NCBI GenBank assembly: GCA_937625935.1
Contig: OW569378.1
Coordinates: 62,001 to 126,000, forward strand
Direction: 5' to 3'
DNA: 64,000 bases
Source: Tetramitus jugosus
Taxonomy: Eukaryota > Protista > Heterolobosea
Below are positions 22,291 through 33,131 of the stretch, one piece after another. Every line of letters begins with the position of its first letter. Position 1 is the stretch's first letter. The notes below the pieces were generated by a model, which did no database searches, had not been told where the DNA came from, and saw only the letters and a list, made by a program, of their open reading frames with translations. The position numbers and the translations under genes were made by a program.

Positions 22291-22387
22291 TGTAGTGTGA
22301 AAAGTTGATTCGAATATACAAGAAGAGGGTTGTCTTTTAGTTTTTGTGTTGTATTTGAAGAGATATTCACATAAATTCTGGAGAGAA

Positions 22388-22394
22388 TTTTATA
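22388..22394 (-). promoter_or_regulatory. TATA box (TATAAAA) upstream of the four-TM gene
   Basis: Minus strand reads GGCTATAAAATTC about 100 nt upstream of the ATG at 22290. Confidence 0.45.
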
Positions 22395-22641
22395 GCCTCA
22401 GAGTGGGGAGGGATGTCTCTGCTGACAGATCAGTTGACAAAACCCTGAATAGAATCAACCTAAAAACAGTTTCGCTTTGGTTCACACGAACTTTTTCAAC
22501 CCAGAAATAATGTTTCTCTAAGGATTCGGGTGTCACTGGATGATCGCATAACATTTTTCGCGGGCGGTCAGTACCTAAAACTTTTCCTTCATTGTATCAA
22601 TTAGGTAGATATGACGGAGAATCGCTTTTTTTACAATTTAT

Positions 22642-24051
22642 TTACATAACGAGGCATGAATCGGAGCTGTCTTTGGAGCTTGTGGGTAAACCCATGGCTC
22701 GTGCACTCTGTACATTGAAGCTTGAGATATCCGGGACTCTTCTCTGCTGTTGCGATTGTGATTGTAGTTGTGACGATGGCTCCTCTGTGATCACATGACT
22801 GGATTGCTCGCCTGTCGTACTATTCGCCACAGCTGGTTCTTGACTCGTCACCGTAGGGAACATTACTTCTTCCATCTTGTGTATCAGATTGTTCAACAGT
22901 GCTCTTGCCATATGAATTGAATACTTGCACGAAGCTTCAATTCTAAAATAGGGGACAAACGATGCTGTTTCTTCATCCTCCAGATCCTGTTCCTCTTCCT
23001 CTTTCACCTCATCACTTTTCTCTTGTTGTTCATCATGATGATAACTCACAACACAGTATTCATCATCATCACCCGATGGATGATCATGATGATGACTCTC
23101 TTGTTGTTGCAGTTCATGAATATGATGATTCTGTTGTTGAATCACATGTGATGACTCATGAACAATTTCAATCTTTGAAGCACCAGATTGATGCTCAATT
23201 TGAATCAATTGCTTATAAAAAGCAGCACTTGCACCATTGTCTCCCATCCCTGAATGATGATTGTCAATATTCTGTCGTTCTCTGCTCTCTGTTTCTTTGA
23301 GCAAACGATACGATTCCAAAGGAAACTTTAAATAATCAACAATTGTGTTATGATTCACACGTAAATCATATTGAATGAGTAATCGAGCAATTTGTGCACT
23401 TTTTGCTTCTTTTGCTTTGATTTGGAGCTCATCTCGAACAATCGTTATACTACTACTACTACTACCATTGTTATTGTTGTTATTATCAATGTCATGGTTG
23501 ACCTGTTTTTCCAAATGATAAATGATGATGGCATCTGATAGCTTCATCCACCTTTCAATCATTTGTCTCTGAATAGGTACATGTTGCTCGTTTTTTACAT
23601 ATTCTACAATGCTAAACAATTGATCATTGTTGTTGCTGCTCGTGAAAGCTTTCGAGGAAGGCGACGACAGCGATTGCTTCATCGATGAAGCAGCCACAAA
23701 AGCATTTTCGCCGTCGACTACGGATTTTGATTGAACCTTCAACCGCTCGACCATATTTTTAAGCGTTAAATTAGGAGTGGCGCGATCGGAGAAACAAACC
23801 GCCCGACATGACGGACAATTGAATGAGATTTTCGAAGAAGAAGGACTGGAGGAGGTGGATGAAGAGTTGAATAAGGATGACATGGCCGAGAATGGAGATG
23901 GTGCGGATAATGAAACTGCTGTTCCCCACTCTTCCATTTGATTCATGCATTGTTTGCAGAGGTTGTGAGAGCATGGAAACATGTACGGATCTTCATAAAG
24001 TTCGAGACATATGGGACACGTAAGTTCTTCAATCATATCATTGTAGTCCAT
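22642..24051 (-). CDS. N-terminal C3HC4 RING (TRIM-type) protein, putative E3 ligase
   Basis: EELTCPICLELYEDP..FPCSHNLCKQC...CPSCR..PNLTLKNMVE. No B-box recognised. Confidence 0.85.
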   Translation of the reverse strand: MDYNDMIEELTCPICLELYEDPYMFPCSHNLCKQCMNQMEEWGTAVSLSAPSPFSAMSSLFNSSSTSSSPSSSKISFNCPSCRAVCFSDRATPNLTLKNMVERLKVQSKSVVDGENAFVAASSMKQSLSSPSSKAFTSSNNNDQLFSIVEYVKNEQHVPIQRQMIERWMKLSDAIIIYHLEKQVNHDIDNNNNNNGSSSSSITIVRDELQIKAKEAKSAQIARLLIQYDLRVNHNTIVDYLKFPLESYRLLKETESRERQNIDNHHSGMGDNGASAAFYKQLIQIEHQSGASKIEIVHESSHVIQQQNHHIHELQQQESHHHDHPSGDDDEYCVVSYHHDEQQEKSDEVKEEEEQDLEDEETASFVPYFRIEASCKYSIHMARALLNNLIHKMEEVMFPTVTSQEPAVANSTTGEQSSHVITEEPSSQLQSQSQQQRRVPDISSFNVQSARAMGLPTSSKDSSDSCLVM

Positions 24052-24235
24052 CTCGCTTCTTGTGTTTGTTGTTGTTTGCGTTCGTTTTTGTTCTCTGGAA
24101 AGTCTTTTGTTGGAAGATCATTTTTCAATGGTCGGAAGAATCACAATTGTGGTTATTTCTGCGACATGGCGGCAAAATGGAACGGAGTTCACACACAACA
24201 AAGAAAAAAACAAGAGTGGCGTCAGAAGCACAACA

Positions 24236-25577
24236 ATGAATCATTTATTGACATCTTCCTCATCTTATTCATCGCTATACAAGTTAGTGACCAGACGGTA
24301 CTCACCATCTGCATCATTCAATCGAATTGTTCAATCACCTCAAAATGCTCTCAAAAAATCAATGTCAAATTGTTTGTCAATGATCAACAACAACAACAAC
24401 AACAACAACATGAATCATCAATATCACACCAATCATCACCAAAAATCAACGCCGTTTATCCATCATCATCGCAACAAGCAAAATTTGACAATGACCATTG
24501 ATCTCATTCATCGACACTATGCCACTACTACTTTAGCAAACAAATCATCGAATAGCAATGTCAGTCAAGAGGCAATAAACGCAAATCAACAACAACAAAA
24601 ATCAGATCAAGAAACAAAAGAAGAGGAAACAACAGAAGAAGCAAAGATTGATCCAGAAGTCGAAGCAAAAGCAAAGAAACGAAGAAGAAGAAATTGGATC
24701 ATTTTCCTCTCTGTTTTTTCATTGTTGGGTCTCTCTGGTTTCACCATTTACAAGCTGTTTAATGTTGTCATGGAAGGAGGTACCATTCTTGAAAAAATGG
24801 CGGGAAGAGTCGAAGGAAAATATGCCAATAAGACGTCAAAAGCTGTGGAGAAGGCGAGCATGGCCATGCATCAAGGAATGGAAAAATTGATTGAAGCTTT
24901 GGAGAAGGATCAACAATTGAGAGAGAAGGTTGAGTTGGTGTTGGGTGAGTTGGATCATTCTAGTGATCCACACAACGAGAATCATTTACGATTGTTGAAC
25001 ACCAACTTTGTGCAATTGATTAGTCATCGATTGTACTTTTTAGTGAGAAAGTATGTTGTTTCATTTGAAGCATTTCATTTTTTTTCATTGAATCAATTCT
25101 AACATTGGACATTTATCATTGTGGTGATGCAGGGATGGACACTGGAACAAGAATTATTATGAGGCTCGTATTCAATACTTTTTCCCTGTTGTGAACAGTG
25201 AGACTGGTGCGATTGCAATTATGAAAGCTACACTATTGACAGAGGATGGAATGAATGAGGAGAGTGATGCGTTGCATTTGGAGTCTGTTCATTTGTGTGA
25301 TGCAGGTCCTTTTGCCGTTCAATTCTCGTCTCAGTTCTTTGCTCAGATTTATGAATTTTTCATGGAGAAGGATTTGGTGTATGGATGGCACAATTACAGT
25401 AAGAATGAACACGAGATTGAAGTGTACAGAAATAAGGAATTGCAAAATCGATTCAAGTCAGTGTTGCCTACACTGTTACCTCCTGCAATCAAACCAAACT
25501 TGGAGCCACTTGTTGGCTTCTTGTTCCCTGATACAATAGACACTCGTTTGTTATTGCCTCCTACACCTGCATTCTAG
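24236..25577 (+). CDS. Putative mitochondrial single-pass inner membrane protein (weak Tim21/Coa1-like); intron 25051-25132
   Basis: S/R-rich presequence-like N-terminus, KKRRRR followed by one TM, phase-2 GTATGT..CAG intron joining the ORFs. Start codon uncertain (24128 or 24236). Confidence 0.55.
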
Positions 25578-25806
25578 ATACTCTCATATTGTAAGGGTTG
25601 TTTTTTTGGCAGACGCGATAAAAGTATTTTTGTGCATTTTTTGTTTTAGTTACAAATTTGGTCAACTGACCCAAACTATCTTTTTTCCTTAATATCCTTA
25701 GACCTTTAGATCGATCTTCTCGCATGTGCCATTGACAAACCTTTTTGCGCGAAACAACTCAATCGACCGATTGTCTTATAGCAATTGAACACATCTGGCA
25801 ACAATC

Positions 25807-27213
25807 ATGCACATCGACTGGAAGGATCTGGTGCGTTTTCCCTCACTCATCTGGTATGATTATTTGATCTTTGGAGGAATCAGTATTTCAGTAGTTTTGT
25901 TTGCTGGTCTCTGCTCTGGTCTCACTCTCGGTCTATTATCCATTGATAAACTGTCGCTCGACATCTTGCTCAACGCCGGCACAGACAAGGAGAAGAAATA
26001 TGCCAGAAAATTGAAACCGATTCTTCGGAGGTATCACTTGTTATTGGTGACTCTTTTGTTGTGGAATGCACTTGCTATGGAGGCTCTTCCCTTATTTCTG
26101 AATCGAATGGTTCCCGAGTTCTTGGCCATTCTTCTCTCTGTTTCGTTTGTGCTGATATTTGGAGAGGTGTTGCCACAGGCTGTCATTTCGAGGTACGGAC
26201 TTGCTATAGGAGGTAATTTGTCCTGGCTCGTTCACATACTAATTATTGTTGCGTTGCCTGTGGCTCTACCTGTGAGTTTTGCGCTCGATTGGATGTTAGG
26301 AGCGGATAATGAGAACACATACTACAAGAGAGCAGAGTTGAAGGAACTGGTAAGTATTCATGCCCAACCTGGTGCAGGTGGAATTCTGTCTGATGATGAA
26401 ATTGCTGTGATTCGAGGTGCTCTGGAACTCAAGGAAAAGAAGGTCGAGAGTATTGTAACACCAATCAACCATGTCTACATGCTCTCTCTGGATCAAAAGA
26501 TGGATGAGAATTTAGTGGACGAAATATTGAAGACAGGACATTCCAGAGTTCCAGTATACAGAGGAAACGATCGTCAGGATATTGTTGGGCTTCTACTGAT
26601 CAAGAACCTCATCAAGTTGAACCCAACGAAAGCAGTTCCCGTGTCTCAACTGGAACTCCGAGAATTAAATACGGTAGCTCCTGATACTCACTTGTGGGAT
26701 GTTTTAAACATGTTTAAGAGTGGAAAGAGGAGTCACATGGCTCTCGTGCGAAAATGGATCACTCCAGCAGAACAAAAAGATCTAGAAATCGCAGGCGACA
26801 CAAATTCAACAAGAGAATGCATCATTGGTATTGTCACCCTCGAGGATGTTTTCGAGGAGTTGATACAAAAGGAGATTGTCGATGAAACTGATGTATTCGT
26901 GAATGTGGAAAGACAAGAGAAAGTGGCGGACATGTTTAGACGCATTACATCAACGATAAAAAAGAAACCAAGTTTACTGAGGGTCCACGTTCCTCCACAC
27001 TCCCCCTCCAAGAGGGCATTCTTAATCCGAAACTATGGTACCTCTGGACATCGGAATGGACTGGCTGCATCAGGAGCCGACGACATTCGAAGAGCGGTCA
27101 GTGCCTCAAGCCCCATTGCACACTCAAGACCCTACACAAACACAAGAGACGAAAGCTATAGATTACCAATTATTGCCTCTGAGGCCTCATTCCTCGTCCC
27201 ACCACACCCATAG
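25807..27213 (+). CDS. CNNM/DUF21-CBS metal transporter family protein
   Basis: FAGL.SGLTLGLLS.D, HLLLVTLLL.N..AME.LP.FL, FGEVLPQA, GAL.L, GHSRVPVY, SHMALV, GIVTLEDV.EEL..EI.DETD. Confidence 0.95.
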   Translation: MHIDWKDLVRFPSLIWYDYLIFGGISISVVLFAGLCSGLTLGLLSIDKLSLDILLNAGTDKEKKYARKLKPILRRYHLLLVTLLLWNALAMEALPLFLNRMVPEFLAILLSVSFVLIFGEVLPQAVISRYGLAIGGNLSWLVHILIIVALPVALPVSFALDWMLGADNENTYYKRAELKELVSIHAQPGAGGILSDDEIAVIRGALELKEKKVESIVTPINHVYMLSLDQKMDENLVDEILKTGHSRVPVYRGNDRQDIVGLLLIKNLIKLNPTKAVPVSQLELRELNTVAPDTHLWDVLNMFKSGKRSHMALVRKWITPAEQKDLEIAGDTNSTRECIIGIVTLEDVFEELIQKEIVDETDVFVNVERQEKVADMFRRITSTIKKKPSLLRVHVPPHSPSKRAFLIRNYGTSGHRNGLAASGADDIRRAVSASSPIAHSRPYTNTRDESYRLPIIASEASFLVPPHP

Positions 27214-27387
27214 CCACACAACTTGGCACTCAATTTCTCCGCTGTCATTGCCGCCACGGACTAGCCGTTACATTCGACTCTTGAAAAATCAAAACCAGAC
27301 AAATTAAATTAATCATCTAAAATAAACGAACAACACTGAAACAACCAACTGTTCTTGTTCTCTGACACTGCCCCTAGGTATAAATTT

Positions 27388-29403
27388 ATGAGTAGTCCTA
27401 CCCTTGCTCCTCCACAACAAGAAGAAGAAAGTTTATCGTCGCTTTTACAGCAAATTGAAATGATGAAGTCTTCCACAACACCTACGAAACGAAAGATTGG
27501 TATCCTGAAGGAAAGGAACCACAATATTGCTGAAGACGCTCAAACACATCTATCAGCAGATCAACTCCCTTCCAAATCCGAGAAGAAACTGTCGTTTGCT
27601 GAAGAATTGGACAAGGAAAATTTTCCATCTCCTCTTTCTGATCGAAGCGTGTCATCTGTGAGCTCATTGCCTGATCAACAGAGCTTTTCAGGATCCATTG
27701 AATTATTGGCACTTCAAAGAGAGTTGAAAGCGTCCAGAAAAGCTTACAAGGTGCTCGAGAAATCATATAGAACACTCAAGGAAACATCAAAGAGAATGAA
27801 GATGGAATACAATGCACAAAAGAAGCTTAGAACTCAATTTGAGGAGGAAAATGACTTGTTAAAAACACAAGTTGATGTCATCAAGAAAGAAAAGCTTTCA
27901 ATTGAGAGCACAATCTCCAACGAATGGTCTTCTAAGCTTAGTGATTTGGAGACTGAAAAGAACAAGCTAATTGATCAGTTACAGCTTGATTTGAACACTG
28001 AGAAGCAAGCAAACATGGACGTAAAGACTCAATGTGACCAATTGATTCAAGAAAAGGAGGCAACGATTGAATCATTGCAAGCTGATGTTACCTCACTGAA
28101 ACAATCGATTGAAGATACAGTGTCTGAACATCAGACGAAACTCACTGAAATGTTGCAACAAACAAGTGAAAGTTATCGAATTCGATGCGAAGAATTGATC
28201 CATCAAACAAAGGAAGAAACCATGCACAGTATTGTCCCTCCTCTGCGCTCTCAGTTGGAAGAGAAGCAACAATTGATTGACTCTTTGCAAATGGAACTTG
28301 AGACATCTCGCAAGCAAAACAAGGAACAAGCTGAGAGGATACGAGAGCTGGAATTATTGGCCAACAAAACTGACAAGGAAATGCTTGCCTATTCTACTAA
28401 ACAATCTGAGAGCGATGCCACAATGAATGGATTGATCGAATTGTACAAGTATGCTGCAGAATTGCGTGAGAATGAATTATTGGCTACGAGTGATAAGTAT
28501 TCTCAAACAATTCAAGAACTCAACCAGAGTTTGGAGGAAAGAGAAGAGCAAATGGCTCAAATGGTGCACTCCTTCGAGCAAAGCCGAAATGAATTTTTAA
28601 CCATGAAGACAAAGATTGAAGAATGTTCAATCGTGAATGTCGAGGAGAGAGATGAGTTGGAAACCTATAGAAATGAAGTATCAGAACTTCAGAACATAAC
28701 AGATCAACTCTCCCAAAATCTCAATGCTTTGGATGAAAGGTATCAACAACTCCAAACTGAACACAAGAATCAAGAATTGGAATTCCAATCATTGCTCAGG
28801 CTAGATGAAAGAGAATCAGAGAACATGTCGAAGTATTTCCAAGAATTGCACGAGGAACAACAAAGCACACACCAGATGAGAGAAGAAGAGCTTCTTCATA
28901 CTATTAAGCAATATGAAAGACAGCAACAAGTGTCTGATAAGAAACAGAATCAATTGAAGAAAGAATTGGCTTTATTCAGCCAGAGAGATCAAGAATTGAT
29001 CTTCCGAACTCAAGCTATGTCCGTTGAAATCCTAAACTTGACCAACTCGAAGAAGACTCTCGACAAGCATTTGCGAATCATTGCAGAATCAGTTGACCAA
29101 ATTAACGAGCTCATGAATACAATCAGGCAATCTCATTCACAGAAGAAAACATTGCCTGAATGTATCTTCGCAATTAATGAACAGATTGTAGAAGTAAGAG
29201 ATTCATGTCATGCTGGTGATTATCAATATATTATCCAAGAATACGCGAATAGATGTATTACAGCAAATGAGTTGATTGTTGATTCAGTCATAAAAATGGA
29301 ACAAAAGCAACAGCAGTTTTTGAATCATTTCAGTCGAATAGCAGCAAAACAACAACAAAAGGTATCCAGACCTAAATCGAAATCGTTCTGGAAAAAAAAG
29401 TAA
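27388..29403 (+). CDS. Uncharacterised long coiled-coil protein
   Basis: Intronless ORF dominated by heptad repeats, with an N-terminal KEN motif (DKENF). Confidence 0.7.
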   Translation: MSSPTLAPPQQEEESLSSLLQQIEMMKSSTTPTKRKIGILKERNHNIAEDAQTHLSADQLPSKSEKKLSFAEELDKENFPSPLSDRSVSSVSSLPDQQSFSGSIELLALQRELKASRKAYKVLEKSYRTLKETSKRMKMEYNAQKKLRTQFEEENDLLKTQVDVIKKEKLSIESTISNEWSSKLSDLETEKNKLIDQLQLDLNTEKQANMDVKTQCDQLIQEKEATIESLQADVTSLKQSIEDTVSEHQTKLTEMLQQTSESYRIRCEELIHQTKEETMHSIVPPLRSQLEEKQQLIDSLQMELETSRKQNKEQAERIRELELLANKTDKEMLAYSTKQSESDATMNGLIELYKYAAELRENELLATSDKYSQTIQELNQSLEEREEQMAQMVHSFEQSRNEFLTMKTKIEECSIVNVEERDELETYRNEVSELQNITDQLSQNLNALDERYQQLQTEHKNQELEFQSLLRLDERESENMSKYFQELHEEQQSTHQMREEELLHTIKQYERQQQVSDKKQNQLKKELALFSQRDQELIFRTQAMSVEILNLTNSKKTLDKHLRIIAESVDQINELMNTIRQSHSQKKTLPECIFAINEQIVEVRDSCHAGDYQYIIQEYANRCITANELIVDSVIKMEQKQQQFLNHFSRIAAKQQQKVSRPKSKSFWKKK

Positions 29404-29462
29404 TGGATGATGACCAGAGGACGGTTCAGCTTCTATTTGTATAAATATTATTAATTATTTCG

Positions 29463-31553
29463 CTACACCAATCCATATTTTCTTCTTTCTTGCTCAAGGC
29501 GTTGCTTAAACATTTGTTTGACACTTTCCCTTGAGCGATCAGTCTCTCCCGTGGATAAATTATCCCTTCTACTACCATTAGTAGACTTGTCGTGGATACT
29601 GATATCGGCATCATCAAACGGTATGGAGGATGCAGATTTGAGAGAGTCTTCTAGGTTGATACTGGGTTCGGGAACTCTTACTTCCAAAGGAGTATCATCG
29701 ATTTCATTTCTTTCTAGTGTTCTTGAGAGCCTCCTCGTCAGGTCAATGGAGTCCTGTTGTATTCGAAGGAGAATATCAGAAATACTTTGATTTTGATCCG
29801 GACATTCGTCCTCTGTTCGAGTCCTGATACTACTGAAGTCAGAGATTGACTCATATTCATTCTGAGATATCTCAGTACAATCTGTACTTTCCCTTGAGTT
29901 CATCTCTGAATAGTGCGCTGGAGCTTGCTTGAGTGAAACAGTAGTAGGCCTGCTTCGTTTCGCTGTCCTCAGTGAAGATTCCCACTTGTACGAAGCTCCG
30001 TTTGCCATTGGACCCGCCAAATGTTGAAGATTGTTAAAATTCGCATTGGTTTGTTTTTCTTCTTCGTCCTCTTTTCTCAGTTTTTGAACATAACTTGAAG
30101 TATTCTTCTTGTACCGCTTTTGTTCATCTTCTATGGATATCTGCTTGCTTAATTGTGTTGATAGTAAATTTCTTGTTAGAATATTCTTGACCTCCTGTTT
30201 ATCTGGCATGCTCTTCTGGTTTGGTTGACTGTGTAACCTCATCTTTGAACTCGAATCTGGCAACTGAGATTCTAAAACAGAGACATAATTTAACAGAACC
30301 TTGATATCCCTTGCTGTTGTAGTTTCTCTTCTCTGAAGTTCCGACATTTCATCTTTCATTCGCTTCATAGCAACTCTAAATTTTGCAATCTGCTGGACCG
30401 ATTTACTGACCTCTTCTTCTAATTCCAACCTTCGATTCTTCTCTGCCTGAAACAGAGTTTGTAGATTTTTGTAATTCTTTTGCAACTTCACATGTTTGGA
30501 AATAATTTGGCTATACTTCTCATCGCTCAAATTAACATCTGAGATACTTGTATGACTTGAATTAAGACTCCTAACTCCATCATTCAATGGTCTTGTGGGT
30601 TGAGGTGTAGAACTCCGCTTAATGTTTAGTGGTTTTCCATCAGGAAGGTATTCTTTCTTCAGATGTCTAATCTGTTCTTCGTTCAAGCTCATTCTCCTTT
30701 GTCTGTTCTGAACTACAACATTTGAGACAGGTGCTGAGAAAAGTGTATCTAGGTCACGGAATTGACTCTCATGACTAACCGTGGATGACACACCGTCGAA
30801 ATCATCATACTTGGACGGTAATACTTCTAGCGACGTTGGATTGCCTTTCGCTGGATTTGCCAGGCTGAGTTCATCTCGAATTTGTTGTAGTTCTCGTTCG
30901 TCTTGAATTTCGTTCAGAACCTTCAATTTAGTACATATATGAGCTATTCGATAAAGAGGGTCGAGTGTATCATTCAAATCTTCGTCTTCATCTCTTTTCA
31001 AGAAAGGATTGCTGTCGCATTTCAGGTTGGTAAGGTTGGTTAGGTTGCATAGTACATCCAATTCTCTTGCTTTTGTGATTTCATTGTAAGAAATATCAAG
31101 AACCGATATGTTAGATGGCAACGAGTGTTTACTCGTTGCGATATTCTTGATATGATTGTGAGCCATCTCCAGCTGCACTAAAGAATTTAAATCATTTAAA
31201 TGAGGAGGAATATGCATCAATTGATTCCAGTTCAAATTCAAGTACTGTAAGTGAGGTGCTCTCGACAAATTGGGCAACCTCGACAACAAGTTATGCTCCA
31301 GATTCAATTTCTCTAGCAGAGGAGGAAGATGAGGACAATTCTTCAACTTATTGTGAGACAAATCCAAGAATTTCAGATTCACAAATGTAGCTAGACTCGG
31401 TTTTATAGACACAAGCTCATTGTGACCGAGATCCAAACTCGTCAGATAGGTGAGTGCTTTCACACTCTGTTCCTCTTCGTTCGATGTTGTCATTGGAGAA
31501 TTCGTGAGATCCAAACACTGGATACCTCTATTAGAGAAATCAACATGAACCAT
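29463..31553 (-). CDS. SDS22-like leucine-rich repeat protein with coiled coil
   Basis: Repeats LxxLDLxHNxL, LRR cap NPF...YRI....LKVLN, followed by coiled coil and a disordered tail. Confidence 0.8.
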   Translation of the reverse strand: MVHVDFSNRGIQCLDLTNSPMTTSNEEEQSVKALTYLTSLDLGHNELVSIKPSLATFVNLKFLDLSHNKLKNCPHLPPLLEKLNLEHNLLSRLPNLSRAPHLQYLNLNWNQLMHIPPHLNDLNSLVQLEMAHNHIKNIATSKHSLPSNISVLDISYNEITKARELDVLCNLTNLTNLKCDSNPFLKRDEDEDLNDTLDPLYRIAHICTKLKVLNEIQDERELQQIRDELSLANPAKGNPTSLEVLPSKYDDFDGVSSTVSHESQFRDLDTLFSAPVSNVVVQNRQRRMSLNEEQIRHLKKEYLPDGKPLNIKRSSTPQPTRPLNDGVRSLNSSHTSISDVNLSDEKYSQIISKHVKLQKNYKNLQTLFQAEKNRRLELEEEVSKSVQQIAKFRVAMKRMKDEMSELQRRETTTARDIKVLLNYVSVLESQLPDSSSKMRLHSQPNQKSMPDKQEVKNILTRNLLSTQLSKQISIEDEQKRYKKNTSSYVQKLRKEDEEEKQTNANFNNLQHLAGPMANGASYKWESSLRTAKRSRPTTVSLKQAPAHYSEMNSRESTDCTEISQNEYESISDFSSIRTRTEDECPDQNQSISDILLRIQQDSIDLTRRLSRTLERNEIDDTPLEVRVPEPSINLEDSLKSASSIPFDDADISIHDKSTNGSRRDNLSTGETDRSRESVKQMFKQRLEQERRKYGLV

Positions 31554-31745
31554 GATTATATCAATAGTGATCCTATTCTTTTTGGTCAAGACAGTTTTTG
31601 GCGGGCCACCACTTCAAATTGTAGTTCGTAACAGTCGTGCATTTTCCCGACAAAACCGCGGACGAATTCATCTCCGCCAAAGATCAAAAAACATCAGGCA
31701 TTCATTGGCACAATAGCTCAGAACACATATACCACATTGAATATC

Positions 31746-32945
31746 ATGTCATTCACGACCTCACAATACATTGCCTATAATCGACCCAGTTTCTTCGAAG
31801 TCATGGCTCACGATCGAATGATTCCAAGCTTAAAATTTGCTACAAAATACATTTTGACTGTTTTTGCTCAGAGGAATCCCACGAGTGCACTCTGGATACG
31901 TTTTTTGAATCACCACGAGGAATTATTTGCAGTGGTACAAGCATTCTTTGAGAATCATTTTTTGAAGCATTACAATGCTTCCTTTTCAGAGTACTTGTAT
32001 GGATTGAAGAGAACGAGTGCTACCATGGATGTCAGTCGGACGAGTAGTGGTGGTGGAGGTGGAGGTGGTGGTGGTAATGTAGGAACTGCTTCTCATAACC
32101 ATCACCATCATAGAGAAGCAGCAGCAGCAACTGCACTGACGACACGACAAAAAAATGTGAGTTTGTTTAATGTGATTGTTGTTCCGTTCTTGAAGAGTAA
32201 GCTCGATCAAATGTATCGAAAACATATGAGGATACAACAAGAACAACAGCAACAACAAACAACAGATCAAGTTGATTCTTCATTGTTGTCTGTCAAACCA
32301 TCCATGATTCAACGGCTGTACAAACAGTTGATGAAGTTGTTTGTGTTGATGTGGCCCTACTGTAGTGCTGCCTATGAGGGATCCTTTTTTGTATATATGC
32401 TATTGTATTTATTCAAAGATATCAGGTATCATTCTCCGTTGATGCATCTGCAGGGGTTAATGCTCAAGCGGATGAGTATCATTGATTTGATCAACGATCG
32501 AAGAAACATGAACATTTCACGGTTAAAGATCATTTCACTGTTCAATAAGAGAGGAGGAATGTGGAGCCTAATGACCTATGTGTTACGATTGGGTTATGTC
32601 ATATCTGACTATTCAACACACTTTCTGTTAACTATGGCTTTTCTGTTCAAGTTCTTTGAGTGGTGGTACACTAGTGAAAATCAACTAAAATCGAAGACTA
32701 CCATCGAAATCCCTCCTCCGCCAACAGCACCTGTTAGGGCTGTAGGTGGAGTCGAGCTTCCTCAAGATACTTCGCTTTGTCCTCTCTGCCGCAAGAAGAG
32801 AAAGAATCCTACATTACTATCTCTCTCTGGATATGCCTTCTGTTATACCTGCATCCATCAACACATTTCCAAGAATGCATGTTGTCCCATTACTCTCATT
32901 TCTCCTGCTACTCCAAATCATCTACGACGCCTCTACGAACAATAA
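31746..32945 (+). CDS. PEX12: Peroxisome assembly protein 12
   Basis: RPSFFEV.A, SFSEY.YGLKR, PFLK.KLD, FKFFEWWY, IPPPP, CPLC....NPT....SGY.FCY.CI, CPIT. Confidence 0.95.
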   Translation: MSFTTSQYIAYNRPSFFEVMAHDRMIPSLKFATKYILTVFAQRNPTSALWIRFLNHHEELFAVVQAFFENHFLKHYNASFSEYLYGLKRTSATMDVSRTSSGGGGGGGGGNVGTASHNHHHHREAAAATALTTRQKNVSLFNVIVVPFLKSKLDQMYRKHMRIQQEQQQQQTTDQVDSSLLSVKPSMIQRLYKQLMKLFVLMWPYCSAAYEGSFFVYMLLYLFKDIRYHSPLMHLQGLMLKRMSIIDLINDRRNMNISRLKIISLFNKRGGMWSLMTYVLRLGYVISDYSTHFLLTMAFLFKFFEWWYTSENQLKSKTTIEIPPPPTAPVRAVGGVELPQDTSLCPLCRKKRKNPTLLSLSGYAFCYTCIHQHISKNACCPITLISPATPNHLRRLYEQ

Positions 32946-33131
32946 ATATTGTGATGGTAAGCTTACCATCACAATATTGATGCTCTAACTTCCTGAGTTC
33001 CATGATAGAAGTCTCCAGTAGTAAAGTTCAATCGAACATCCGTGTTCAATTTTCCGCTGACCAGCACAGTAGCTACGGTTCAAAACACGACTGAACAATC
33101 CACCGAGATATCCAATCACAATAAGAAAACA

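Noticed and set aside
21787-22308. 173-aa plus-strand ORF antisense to the four-TM gene (similarly 46768-47406 and 3948-4565)
   Set aside because: No recognisable motifs; explained by codon bias of the opposite-strand genes.
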